Below are positions 46,424 to 56,072 of a stretch of 64,000 nucleotides of DNA, piece after piece. Position 1 is the first letter of the stretch; each line of letters opens with the position of its first letter. The notes beneath the pieces were generated by a model, which searched no databases, was not told where the DNA came from, and was given only the letters and a program-made list of their open reading frames with translations. The translations under genes and the position numbers were made by a program. The stretch lies in the sequence record SRR20825006_497, one strand, 5' to 3'.

Positions 46424-47310
46424 CAGCGTGCCCCCTCCAGACCCTCATAAAGCCACAAAAGCGCGGGCTGTGCCGGGGTGTTGGTGTGATGGGTGGCAAA
46501 GCGCCATCCGGCCTGATGCGCCAGATGCGCAAGCTGGGCTTTGCGTTCGGCCAGACGGTCCAGATAGCGGTCGCGCAGGTCGGACGCGCGCAGGGTTTCA
46601 TGGCGCAACCCGCCCGCCATCGAGGTGAAAATGGTGCGCCCCTGAAAGGGAAAAGCCTCTTCGGCGGGGTCGAGAATTTGGTACAACAGCCCGGTGATGC
46701 CGCGATCCGCCGCCGCCCCGATGGCGCGTTCAACCGGCTCGATCGGACCGAGGAAATCAGACAGAAACACTGCGCGGGATCTGGGCAAAAACGATGTGGC
46801 GTCTGGCGCGCCGTATTCCGCGCGCTCTGGGCTTGGATCAGCGCGCAAGCCTTCGGCGATGCGCCGCAATTGCAACGCGCCGATGCGTGGCGGGGTGCCC
46901 AAAGAGGCCAAAGCCACGCGTTCCCCGCCCTTCATCAAAAGGATCGCCAGCGCCATGGTCAAAAGCCCGGCGCGCTCCTGTTTGGTCGGGTGATTTTTAT
47001 CAGAGGAAAACCCCATCGACGCCGACAGATCGGCCCAAAGATGCACCGACTGCGCCGATTGCCATTCCTTTTCGCGCACGAAATGCCCGTCCGAGCGGCC
47101 AGAGCGGCGCCAATCAATCGACCGCCCCGCATCGCCGGGTTCTGCCGGGCGATATTGCCAAAACTCATCGCCCATCCCGGCCTGACGCCGCCCATGCCCG
47201 CCCAACAAAAGCGTGCGCGCAAGCTGTTCGGCCTGCGCCTGAAGCGGCGGCAAGGGTCCGGCCAAGGCTTCGGCGCGGGCGCGCAAGGAGGATGGGGGCG
47301 AAAGGCTCAC
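46423..47310 (-). CDS. DUF58 family protein
   Basis: HGRRQAGMGDEFWQYR, IDWRRSGRS, VREKEWQ, DLSASM, LSDFL; GTG start overlapping MoxR stop. Confidence 0.88.
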   Translation of the reverse strand: MSLSPPSSLRARAEALAGPLPPLQAQAEQLARTLLLGGHGRRQAGMGDEFWQYRPAEPGDAGRSIDWRRSGRSDGHFVREKEWQSAQSVHLWADLSASMGFSSDKNHPTKQERAGLLTMALAILLMKGGERVALASLGTPPRIGALQLRRIAEGLRADPSPERAEYGAPDATSFLPRSRAVFLSDFLGPIEPVERAIGAAADRGITGLLYQILDPAEEAFPFQGRTIFTSMAGGLRHETLRASDLRDRYLDRLAERKAQLAHLAHQAGWRFATHHTNTPAQPALLWLYEGLEGAR

Positions 47311-48368
47311 GCCGCGGACCGATTTTCCGACAGGGTGGCGGCGACCGTGTCGATGATCGAGGCCAGATCTTCGCCGCGCGCACGGGCGGCAAAGGTCATC
47401 GCCATGCGGTGAATAAGCACAGGTTTGGCCATGGCGATCACATCCTCGGGGCTGGGCGCAAGGCGACCATCCAAAAGCGCGCGGGCGCGAATGGTCAACA
47501 TCAAGGCCTGAGCGGCGCGCGGTCCCGGCCCCCACGCCACAGACGCGTTGATCGCGGGCGTGGCTTCGGGTTCATGCGGACGACAGGCGCGCACCAGATC
47601 AAGGATCATCTCGACCACCTGTTCGCCCACCGGCATCTTGCGCAGCAACGCCTGAGCTTTGATCAACTCCTCGGCGGTGAAAACGGCATGGGCCTCTTCC
47701 TCCATCGCGCCCGTGGTGGCGATCAAAATGTCACGCTCGGTGTCGCGGTCCGGGTAGGCCACATCGACTTGCACCAAGAACCGGTCCAACTGCGCCTCCG
47801 GCAACGGATAGGTGCCCTCTTGTTCCAGCGGGTTTTGCGTGGCGAGGACGTGAAACGGCGCCTCCAAATCATGCGGCTGCCCGGCGATGGTCACGGATTT
47901 TTCCTGCATCGCTTGCAACAGCGCGGATTGGGTGCGGGGGCTGGCGCGGTTGATTTCGTCGGCCAAAAGGAGCTGACAAAACACCGGACCTTCGATGAAC
48001 CGAAACGCGCGGCTGCCGTCCGTGGCGGTTTCCAAGACCTCGGAGCCAAGAATGTCGGCGGGCATCAGGTCCGGGGTGAATTGTACCCGCGCGCCTTTAA
48101 GGCCCATGACGGTCGAAAGCGTGTCGACAAGGCGGGTTTTGCCAAGCCCCGGCAGGCCCAACAAAAGCGCGTGGCCTCCGCAAAGCATGGCGGACAAGAC
48201 CAGATCGACCACTGTTTCCTGACCGATGAAGCGGCGGGTGATCGAGGATTTCGCCTCCGACAGCTTCGCGCCCAGTGCTTCGATCTCAGTGACAAGATCT
48301 TCTGTGACAAGATCTTCTGTGACAAGATCTTCGGGCACAAGGCCTGTGGTGGTGGCGGTCTCGGTCAT
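47307..48368 (-). CDS. MoxR-family AAA+ ATPase
   Basis: GLPGLGKT, RVQFTPDLMPADILG, LLADEINRASPRTQSALLQAMQE, ATQNPLEQEGTYPLPEAQLDRF. Confidence 0.93.
   Translation of the reverse strand: MTETATTTGLVPEDLVTEDLVTEDLVTEIEALGAKLSEAKSSITRRFIGQETVVDLVLSAMLCGGHALLLGLPGLGKTRLVDTLSTVMGLKGARVQFTPDLMPADILGSEVLETATDGSRAFRFIEGPVFCQLLLADEINRASPRTQSALLQAMQEKSVTIAGQPHDLEAPFHVLATQNPLEQEGTYPLPEAQLDRFLVQVDVAYPDRDTERDILIATTGAMEEEAHAVFTAEELIKAQALLRKMPVGEQVVEMILDLVRACRPHEPEATPAINASVAWGPGPRAAQALMLTIRARALLDGRLAPSPEDVIAMAKPVLIHRMAMTFAARARGEDLASIIDTVAATLSENRSAA
48289..48341. repeat. In-frame 15-bp tandem repeat in MoxR N-terminus
   Basis: GTGACAAGATCTTC(T/G) x3 plus partial; encodes LVPED-LVTED-LVTED-LVTE. Confidence 0.9.
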
Positions 48369-48472
48369 GGGCTTCACCTCTTGGGACGTTCCGTGTCACT
48401 CTTACTCTCGCCATTAGAGCGATCTATGCTGCAAAGCACAAATGACAAAGAGGTCAGAAGGGGGATTTTCGC

Positions 48473-49036
48473 GTGACTGTCTCAGCCGAAAGCATTGCCG
48501 CCGCCATCAAGGCCGCAAAAACCCACGGTTTGCCGCCCGTGGAAAAATGGGACCCGCCGTTTTGTGGCGATCTGGATATGCGGATCGCGCGGGATGGGAC
48601 GTGGTTTTATCTGGGAACACCGATTGGGCGGATCGGATTGGTGCGGTTGTTCTCAACCGTGTTGAAACGCGAAGGTGACGCCTATTTTTTGGTCACCCCG
48701 GTGGAAAAAGTCGGGATCACCGTTGAAGATGCACCGTTTTTGGCGGTGGATTTTACCGTTTCGGGCCAAGGGCAGGATCAGGTTTTGACCTTTCAGACCT
48801 CGGTGGGGGATGAGGCCGAAGCGGGGCCCGATCACCCGATGCGCTTTGCCGACCGGAACGGCGAGCCCGCGCCCTATGTGGAGATCAGGGCGGGATTGGA
48901 GGCGTTGATTGATCGCAAAAGCTTCTTTCGCCTTGTTGACCATGCTGTCACGCAGGAGATTGACGGCACGGCGATGTTCGGGGTCTGGTCCAAGGGCGTG
49001 TTTTTCCCAATCGCCCCCGTGGATGATCTCAGCTGA
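48473..49036 (+). CDS. DUF1285 family protein
   Basis: PPVEKWDPPFCGDLDMRIARDGTWFYLGTPIGR, LVTPVEKVGITVEDAPF. Confidence 0.9.
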   Translation: MTVSAESIAAAIKAAKTHGLPPVEKWDPPFCGDLDMRIARDGTWFYLGTPIGRIGLVRLFSTVLKREGDAYFLVTPVEKVGITVEDAPFLAVDFTVSGQGQDQVLTFQTSVGDEAEAGPDHPMRFADRNGEPAPYVEIRAGLEALIDRKSFFRLVDHAVTQEIDGTAMFGVWSKGVFFPIAPVDDLS

Positions 49037-49794
49037 TGCCAAAATTTGCCGCCAACCTGTCCTTTCTGTTTAAGGAATATCCGTTTTTGGAACGGTTCGC
49101 CGAGGCGAAAGCCTGTGGTTTTGAGGCGGTTGAGGTGTTGTTTCCCTATGAGGAACCGGCGTCCGAGGTGGCCAAACGCATGGCCGATCTGAACCTCAAG
49201 ATGGTGCTGATCAACACGCCGCCGCCGAATTACACCGGCGGCGAGCGTGGGTTTGCCGCCGTGCCCGGCCTTGAGGATCGGTTCCGCAAGGATTTCAAAC
49301 GCGCACTCAGATATGCGCAATTCCTAGGTGCCGCGCACATGCATATCATGGCCGGAAAAGCCAAGGGGCTGGTCGCGCTTGAGACTTTTAAAAAGAACCT
49401 CGCATGGGCGGCGGCCGAGGCGCCAACCATGAGCCTGACGATTGAGCCGATCAATCCGATCGACATGCCGGGGTATTTCCTGGATGATTTCGATCTGGCG
49501 ATTGAGGTTTTGGACAGCGTGGCGGAACTGAACCTTGGGCTGCAATTTGATGCCTATCACGCCCAGATCATCACCGGCGACGCGATGCTCGCCTGGGACA
49601 AATACGCCCCCTATGTGCGCCACATCCAAATCGCCGGACCACCGGATCGACATGAACCCATCAAAGGTCTGGTCGATTATCCGGCGTTTTTCCGCGCCGT
49701 GGATGCGAGCGGCTATCAGGGCTGGATCTCTGCCGAATATATCCCGAAAAAACGCACCGAAGAGGGGCTGGATTGGTTTCGTCAGGCCCAATAG
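49036..49794 (+). CDS. hyi: Hydroxypyruvate isomerase family protein
   Basis: MPKFAANLSFLF, VEVLFPY, IEPIN, QFDAYH, HIQIAGPPDRHEP, AEYIP. Confidence 0.8.
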   Translation: MPKFAANLSFLFKEYPFLERFAEAKACGFEAVEVLFPYEEPASEVAKRMADLNLKMVLINTPPPNYTGGERGFAAVPGLEDRFRKDFKRALRYAQFLGAAHMHIMAGKAKGLVALETFKKNLAWAAAEAPTMSLTIEPINPIDMPGYFLDDFDLAIEVLDSVAELNLGLQFDAYHAQIITGDAMLAWDKYAPYVRHIQIAGPPDRHEPIKGLVDYPAFFRAVDASGYQGWISAEYIPKKRTEEGLDWFRQAQ

Positions 49795-49796
49795 CC

Positions 49797-50717
49797 CTAT
49801 GAGACCTCTGATCCGGGCACACAGCCCTGCCCCGGTGCCTCGACTTCAAGCGTGGAATGGGTGATGGAGAACCGCTCTTTCAACAGGCCCTTCACCTGCG
49901 CCAGCACCACATGAGTCTCACCCGCAACAACCACATGCGCCTCGACGGAACTGCGGTGTTCGTCGATCTGCCACAAATGCACATGATGCACGTCTTCAAC
50001 GCCTTCAACTTCGCCCATTGCCGCAGCGACCTCGTCCGCCCGTGTGCCGTCTGGCGCGCCGAGCATCAGGATGCGGATGACCGGGCGGATTTCCACAAAA
50101 GCCTGCCAGAGAATATAGAGTGAAATAGCCACCGTCAGGATCGGATCAATCAGGCGCCAATCGTAGATCAGGATCACCGCCCCGCCGAAAATCACCGCCA
50201 CGGAGGTGCCCGCATCCGCGAGGTTGTGTAAAAACGCGGCGCGGATGTTGAGGCTGTTCTTCGACATGGAATAGGTGAGTGCTGCGGTGACCAGATCGAC
50301 GGCAAGCGCGATCCCGGCGATGATGATGACGATCCAGCCTTCGATCTCCGGAGGGTTCCAAAACCGCGCCACGCCTTCGGCAAAGAGGTAAATGGAGATC
50401 ACCATGAGCGTGATGTAATTGATCATCGCGGCGACCACTTCGGCGCGGCCATAGCCAAAGGTCATGGCCCCATCGCGCGGGCGGCGGGCCAGTTTGCGGG
50501 CCCCAAAGGCGATGACCAAAGACACCGCGTCTGAGAGATTGTGGATCGCATCGGCAATCAGTGCCATGGAGCCAGAAATCACCCCGCCAATGATTTGGGC
50601 CACGGTCAACAGCAGATTGACCCCGATGGCCGCCGCCATCCGCGCATCACCCGCCTCCGGGTCGATGTGGTGGTGGTGGTGGCCATGAGCGGCATGGCTG
50701 TGGTGATCATGGGGCAT
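49797..50717 (-). CDS. Cation diffusion facilitator (CzcD/ZitB-like)
   Basis: His-rich N-terminus, ADAIHNLSD, TFGYGRAE, NIRAAFLHNLAD, VHHVHLW. Confidence 0.92.
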   Translation of the reverse strand: MPHDHHSHAAHGHHHHHIDPEAGDARMAAAIGVNLLLTVAQIIGGVISGSMALIADAIHNLSDAVSLVIAFGARKLARRPRDGAMTFGYGRAEVVAAMINYITLMVISIYLFAEGVARFWNPPEIEGWIVIIIAGIALAVDLVTAALTYSMSKNSLNIRAAFLHNLADAGTSVAVIFGGAVILIYDWRLIDPILTVAISLYILWQAFVEIRPVIRILMLGAPDGTRADEVAAAMGEVEGVEDVHHVHLWQIDEHRSSVEAHVVVAGETHVVLAQVKGLLKERFSITHSTLEVEAPGQGCVPGSEVS

Positions 50718-50791
50718 TGGACGTCCTGTCTGTTTGGGGCAAGCGGACACCCCGAGGGCGCGCTTGTCAACGGCGGGTTTTGAGTCGAACA

Positions 50792-50805
50792 TGAGCTATT
50801 GCTCA
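50792..50805. promoter_or_regulatory. Palindromic operator candidate for TetR
   Basis: TGAGC-TATT-GCTCA about 20 nt upstream of the TetR start. Confidence 0.45.
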
Positions 50806-50826
50806 CATTTTGGAAACTCGCATCCC

Positions 50827-51432
50827 ATGACCAACTCCACGTCCCCGCTATCGCCCCGCAAAACACCGCGACAAGCACGCTCCAAGGCCACGGTTCATGC
50901 GATCCTTGAGGCGGCGGCTCGCATTTTGGAAACCCAAGGCGCAGACGCGGTGACCACAAATGCGGTGGCAGATCGCGCGGGCGTGTCTGTTGGATCTCTC
51001 TATCAATATTTCCCCTCAAAAGAGGCGATTTTCGCCGAGCTGATCCGACAGATACGCGCCCAGATGCGCGACGATATTTTTCGAGCGATGGATTTTGTGG
51101 TTGGAAAGAGCCTGTCCTTTGCCATGGCGCGGCTGGTTCGGGCGGTGATCCACCACCATGTGCATCGCGCGCATCGGGCAGACGCCCTTGAACATTTAGA
51201 AGCGCAATTGCCACCCGACCCGGACAGTTTGACCATGATGTCCCAAACCCGTGCCCGTTTGGCGCTGTGCCTGACCCAGCATAAAGTGCCGCAACCGGAG
51301 CAAGCCGCAGGCGACATTTTGAACCTCATCATTGGCATGGCCCATCCGGCACTTCATGGCGGGGAGACGGATTTTGACTCCTTGGCGCGGCGGATTGATC
51401 CGGCGGTTTTGGGGTATTTGGGGCGAATGTGA
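50827..51432 (+). CDS. TetR/AcrR-family regulator
   Basis: RKTPRQARSKATVHAILEAA, TTNAVADRAGVSVGSLYQYFPSKEAI. Confidence 0.92.
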   Translation: MTNSTSPLSPRKTPRQARSKATVHAILEAAARILETQGADAVTTNAVADRAGVSVGSLYQYFPSKEAIFAELIRQIRAQMRDDIFRAMDFVVGKSLSFAMARLVRAVIHHHVHRAHRADALEHLEAQLPPDPDSLTMMSQTRARLALCLTQHKVPQPEQAAGDILNLIIGMAHPALHGGETDFDSLARRIDPAVLGYLGRM

Positions 51433-51715
51433 CAAGTTCTTAATGCGCACCCTCAAAGTATGTGCATTTTTGCAAAAACCCCTTGATATGTGCGTATTTA
51501 TGAAAAATTAGCCCAAACCGCCTAACACTCACGCGAAATAACGATAATATCGCTAAATTGTGATCTGCATTTTTGCACAACACAATAGATAAAACCTGTA
51601 TGTTTGTTCCCATTTAAACATTTCAAACCAAGCTCTATATCCATTTCATCGAGACGCGCAAAAACACACAGACAGCGCGTCCCCCTAAATGAAACGCTGA
51701 TAAAGGACTTCTATC

Positions 51716-52057
51716 ATGACCAACTCTTTCAAAACTCTCGCTGCCGCCGCTGTTGTTGCCGTTGCTGGTTCTGCCGCTTTCGCTGGCCCGAACTACATCA
51801 TCCCCGGCCAAGCTCAGTCGCTGACCTCGACCGTCAACCTTGATCTGGTACGCGCTGACACCAACAGCACGGTTTACATCTACGATTTCCACAACGGTGA
51901 GCGCGGTGCGCTTTTGGGCTCCGAAGCTGTACACGCTGGTGCAAACACCAACGTGAAAGTGCAATTGTCCCGTCCGGCAATTTCTGATGCGATTGTCGTT
52001 CTCTCCAACGACGGCGTCAACACGCTGGCCGTTCGCGATGTGAACAACGTTCAATAA
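51716..52057 (+). CDS. Small secreted beta-rich hypothetical protein
   Basis: AAAGGA RBS, Ala-rich signal peptide, GCT/GGT/AAC-rich codon use typical of highly expressed genes, own terminator. Confidence 0.85.
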   Translation: MTNSFKTLAAAAVVAVAGSAAFAGPNYIIPGQAQSLTSTVNLDLVRADTNSTVYIYDFHNGERGALLGSEAVHAGANTNVKVQLSRPAISDAIVVLSNDGVNTLAVRDVNNVQ

Positions 52058-52087
52058 TCTCCGCGCCCACAGCAGGGCCCAGACAAA

Positions 52088-52124
52088 ATAAACCCCCGCC
52101 GATGCGAGTCGGCGGGGGTTTTAT
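52088..52124. terminator. Bidirectional terminator
   Basis: AAACCCCCGCCGA...TCGGCGGGGGTTTT. Confidence 0.8.
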
Positions 52125-52154
52125 GTCTCAATTATACGTCGCACTTAAGTGGGT

Positions 52155-52973
52155 TTAATCGCCAAGTTTGGCGTGAACCTCGTCCAGATCGACGTCGCCT
52201 TTGGGCATTTTATTGCCGGGGTTTTCAAAGTCGTATTGGAACAATTGGAAATCCTTTTTGTAGATTTCCCACATCAAATGCATCGACAGATCGTCGAAAT
52301 AATCCTCGACCGGGTGAAGCCGTTTTGGGCCGTGACCTTCGGATTCGTTAAACCGCGGGATCGTGGCCAAATCGACTTTATGCGGGGTCTCGATGTGATC
52401 GAGCACGTCCTGCATGCCGTCGTTGAAGGTCTCGGTAAAGAAAATCTTGTCGTAGGTGCCGCCATTGACGATGAACGTCGAGACATGCCCGGCCATCGCG
52501 GACCAGTGAATGTCCGGGTCCATCGGCCGACGCCAGCGGATGGTATCACGCACAAACAACAGGAACCGCCGGAAAGAAGCGATTTGATCGAACTCGTCCT
52601 TGCCGTCCTCGCCGCCAACTTCGATGCCGTATTTTTGGATCAGCTGCGGGACAAGATTGCCACGATAGCGTTTGCCATTGCGTTGAATGCCGCAGACCTT
52701 GTCAAAAAACGATGACAGCACACGGGTATACGGATTGCGCACACAGGTGAAAGCGTAGGATTTGTGACCCTGCACATTGGCTTCGATCAACTGCTGGCTG
52801 CCCTCTTGGGCCCATTTGTGCATCCGATCTTTGCTATCATGGATGTCGCCATCGAAAAACTCGCCATGATCGGAATAGAACATGATCTGTCCGATGGTCG
52901 AACACGCGCATTTGGGGACGACGCGATATACGACACTTTCGCTTTCTGTCATCCAAGTTCCGGGAAAGCCCAT
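52155..52973 (-). CDS. Sulfotransferase family 2 protein
   Basis: VVPKCACST, FTCVRNPYTRVLS, DIHWSAM, IYKKDFQLFQY. Confidence 0.88.
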   Translation of the reverse strand: MGFPGTWMTESESVVYRVVPKCACSTIGQIMFYSDHGEFFDGDIHDSKDRMHKWAQEGSQQLIEANVQGHKSYAFTCVRNPYTRVLSSFFDKVCGIQRNGKRYRGNLVPQLIQKYGIEVGGEDGKDEFDQIASFRRFLLFVRDTIRWRRPMDPDIHWSAMAGHVSTFIVNGGTYDKIFFTETFNDGMQDVLDHIETPHKVDLATIPRFNESEGHGPKRLHPVEDYFDDLSMHLMWEIYKKDFQLFQYDFENPGNKMPKGDVDLDEVHAKLGD

Positions 52974-53107
52974 ATTTTACCACAACTCCTGATATGCCAC
53001 GCGTCCGTGACCCTTTTCGCTTTAAAAGCAAACTTACCTTGATTATTCAATGATTGGTTACGCTTATATGCGAACAATGCGGCAAAAATGAGGTTACGGT
53101 TTCCAAA

Positions 53108-54685
53108 ATGGCACGAATTGCATTCATTCTCCTGTGCCACAAGGACCCTGAGGCCATCATTGACCAGGCGCGCCGCCTGACCCGCACCGGAGATTACATC
53201 TCCATTCACTTTGATGCGCGCGGCGGCAAAGAGACCTTTGAGGCGATCAAAAACGGCCTGAAAGACAATCCGAATGTCGCCTTTGCGACCAAGCGGATCA
53301 AATGTGGCTGGGGCGAATGGAGCCTTGTGCAAGCCACGATTTACGCACTTGAAGCGGCGGAAGCGGCCTTTCCACGCGCGACCCATTTTTACATGCTGTC
53401 GGGTGATTGCATGTCGGTCAAAACGGCCGAATACATGCATGATTTCCTTGACCGCAATGACATGGACTATATCGAAAGCTTCGATTTTTTCACCTCTGAC
53501 TGGATCAAGACCGGGATCAAGGAAGAGCGGTTGATTTATCGCCATTTCTTCAATGAACGCACCCAGAAGTGGTTGTTTTATCAAATCTTTTGGTGGCAAC
53601 GCCGGTTTGGCCTTGAACGCAAAATCCCCGATGATCTACAGGTTATGATCGGGTCACAATGGTGGTGTTTGCGCCGGCGCACCGTCGAGTGGATTTTGGA
53701 TTTCATCAAAAAGCGCAAAGATGTCATGCAGTTTTTCCGCACGACATGGATTCCGGATGAAACCTTTTTTCAAACCCTCGTGCCGCATCTTGTGCCGGAA
53801 CACGAAATCCAAACCCGCACCCTGACCTTTTTGATGTTCACCGACTACGGCATGCCCGTGGTGTTTTATAATGACCACTATGATTTGCTGATCTCGCAGG
53901 ACTATCTGTTCGCCCGCAAAATTTCGCCCGAGGCGAAAGAGTTGAAGAAACGATTGGGCGATTTGTTTGCGGCCAAGGGGATTCAGTTTAAAATTTCAAA
54001 TGAGGGTCGATCCCTGTTTGAATTTCTGACCGGGCGCGGCCGCGACGGGCGGCGTTTTTCTCAGCGATTTTGGGAAACCGAAAGTTCGCTGGGCCGTGAC
54101 CGTGAACTTTTGATGATTGTTTGCAAAAAATGGCACGTCGCCAAGCGACTCGTCTCGCAGATCAAGGCGAAAACAGACATTCCCTGCCTCGAATATCTGT
54201 TCAGCGAAGAAAACACGCCGCTGCCGGATTTGGGCGGCATTGAAAAGAGTTTGGAAAAACGCACCCGGCACAGGCGCGCTTGGGTGCGGATGCTTTTAGA
54301 TTATTTCGAAACAGACCGTATGGTCGTCTGCATTGACCCTGCCGGTCTCGACCTCATTCGCGACTTTTACAACGACCGCTCCGGCACGCGGCTGTTGGAA
54401 ATCGAATGCGAGTTTAGCGATGAGTATCTGACCGGCCATGCCAAACGCACCGGGCTTGCCGGGGATCAGACACCTGAGGACGCGTTGGAACGGCTGTTGC
54501 CAACGATCCGCGCCGACATCAATCACGAAGGCGACCGCATTCGCGACGCGGAATTTGAGAATTACGACCGGATTTCCCAATCCAAAACCCCCGAGGAAAA
54601 CGCCCGCCCGCTTGCACGTTTCCTCGACATCTCCGAAGATGACGCGCGCGAGATCGTCTCGATGCATTATCTATTTTCCGACTGA
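53108..54685 (+). CDS. Core-2/I-branching (GT14-like) beta-1,6-GlcNAc transferase domain protein
   Basis: IAFILLCHK, IHFD, WGEWSLVQAT, LSGDC, GSQWWCL, IPDETFFQT, LFARK. Confidence 0.85.
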   Translation: MARIAFILLCHKDPEAIIDQARRLTRTGDYISIHFDARGGKETFEAIKNGLKDNPNVAFATKRIKCGWGEWSLVQATIYALEAAEAAFPRATHFYMLSGDCMSVKTAEYMHDFLDRNDMDYIESFDFFTSDWIKTGIKEERLIYRHFFNERTQKWLFYQIFWWQRRFGLERKIPDDLQVMIGSQWWCLRRRTVEWILDFIKKRKDVMQFFRTTWIPDETFFQTLVPHLVPEHEIQTRTLTFLMFTDYGMPVVFYNDHYDLLISQDYLFARKISPEAKELKKRLGDLFAAKGIQFKISNEGRSLFEFLTGRGRDGRRFSQRFWETESSLGRDRELLMIVCKKWHVAKRLVSQIKAKTDIPCLEYLFSEENTPLPDLGGIEKSLEKRTRHRRAWVRMLLDYFETDRMVVCIDPAGLDLIRDFYNDRSGTRLLEIECEFSDEYLTGHAKRTGLAGDQTPEDALERLLPTIRADINHEGDRIRDAEFENYDRISQSKTPEENARPLARFLDISEDDAREIVSMHYLFSD

Positions 54686-54695
54686 GGAAGACCCC

Positions 54696-55073
54696 ATGCC
54701 CTATGCTTATGATGACCAGAATGTTTTCGCCAAAATCCTGCGCCAAGAGATCCCGGTCAGCCCGATCTTTGAAAGCGACCATACATTGGCGTTCCCTGAC
54801 ATTTCGCCGCAAAGGGCGACGCATGTTTTGGTGATCCCCAAAGGGCCGTATCGCTGCTTTGATCATTTCGTGCAGGCTGCCTCAGATGCCGAGCAGCTCG
54901 ATTTTTTCAAATCGGTGGCGCAGATTGCCAAACAGCTTGGCGTGTCCGAGGCCTCTGGTGGTAATGGCTATCGCTTGATCACCAATTCCGGCCCGGATTC
55001 GCATCAGGAAGTGCCGCATTTCCACATCCATCTTTTGGGTGGCGAACCCATCGGCCCACTGACCAGCCGCTGA
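54696..55073 (+). CDS. HIT-family nucleotide hydrolase
   Basis: NVFAKIL, AFPDISP, HVLVIPK, QEVPHFHIHLLGG histidine triad. Confidence 0.93.
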   Translation: MPYAYDDQNVFAKILRQEIPVSPIFESDHTLAFPDISPQRATHVLVIPKGPYRCFDHFVQAASDAEQLDFFKSVAQIAKQLGVSEASGGNGYRLITNSGPDSHQEVPHFHIHLLGGEPIGPLTSR

Positions 55074-55094
55074 TCCCACATGACCCAAAAATGA

Positions 55095-55121
55095 CAAAGC
55101 CCCGCAATTGCGGGGCTTTTG
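55095..55121. terminator. Bidirectional terminator
   Basis: AAAGCCCCGC-AATT-GCGGGGCTTTT. Confidence 0.8.
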
Positions 55122-55139
55122 CGTTTTACGTGATCTCGC

Positions 55140-56072
55140 TTATTTTCCAGAGGTCAGTTCCACAAACACATCCTCAAGATCAGGTTCCATCGTGCGCACA
55201 TCCTCGATCACGATTCCCGCCGCCTTCACCGCATCCAAAATTGCATTGGCCGAGGTTTTGCCGCGCGAATAATCAAACACAAACGTGCCGTCCTTTTTGC
55301 GCTCCATCCGCACACCTTCCGGCAAATCAAACTGCGCCGGTGCCTCGCCTTGCGGTTCGATCAAAAGCGTCTTGGCGTCCATCAAGCCCAACAGATTTTT
55401 GGTCGTGTCGCGTTTGATCAATGCGCCGTGGTTGATGATGGCGATTTCGTCACACATCTCCTGCGCTTCTTCGAGGTAATGGGTGGTCAAAATGATGGTC
55501 ATGCCGCGTTCCTCATTGAGGCGGCGCACATTGGTCCAAAGCATCTGACGCAGCTCAATATCCACACCCGCCGTTGGTTCGTCCAACACGAGAATTTGCG
55601 GATTGTGCACCAAAGCCTTGCCCAACAAAAGCCGTCGACGCATCCCGCCTGAGAGCGTGCGCGCATAGGCGTCCGCCTTGTCGGTTAAGCCAATCAAATC
55701 AAGGATTTCATCCGAACGACGGTCCTTTTTTGGCACACCATATAATCCGGCCTGAACCTCCAAAGCGCCGCGTGGGGTGAAGAACGGATCAAGGTTCAAC
55801 TCCTGCGGCATCACGCCGATGGCGGCGCGCGATTGCCGTGGGTTCACATCCTGATCAAAGCCCCAGATTTTGACCTTGCCCGAGGATTTGATCACCAGCC
55901 CGGCGAGGATATTGATCATCGTCGATTTGCCCGCGCCATTCGGCCCCAAAAGGCCAAAAATCGACCCGCGCGGGATGGTCAAATCAATGCCCTTGAGCGC
56001 CTCTTTTGGCGGCTGACCCTTGCTGCCCTTGTAGGTCTTGCGCAGAGCCTCGATCTCAATCGCGTCGGTCAT
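55140..56072 (-). CDS. ABC-2 type exporter ATP-binding protein (YadG-like)
   Basis: GPNGAGKST, GVMPQE, LSGGMRRRL, LDEPTAGVDIELR, LTTHYLEEA. Confidence 0.92.
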   Translation of the reverse strand: MTDAIEIEALRKTYKGSKGQPPKEALKGIDLTIPRGSIFGLLGPNGAGKSTMINILAGLVIKSSGKVKIWGFDQDVNPRQSRAAIGVMPQELNLDPFFTPRGALEVQAGLYGVPKKDRRSDEILDLIGLTDKADAYARTLSGGMRRRLLLGKALVHNPQILVLDEPTAGVDIELRQMLWTNVRRLNEERGMTIILTTHYLEEAQEMCDEIAIINHGALIKRDTTKNLLGLMDAKTLLIEPQGEAPAQFDLPEGVRMERKKDGTFVFDYSRGKTSANAILDAVKAAGIVIEDVRTMEPDLEDVFVELTSGK

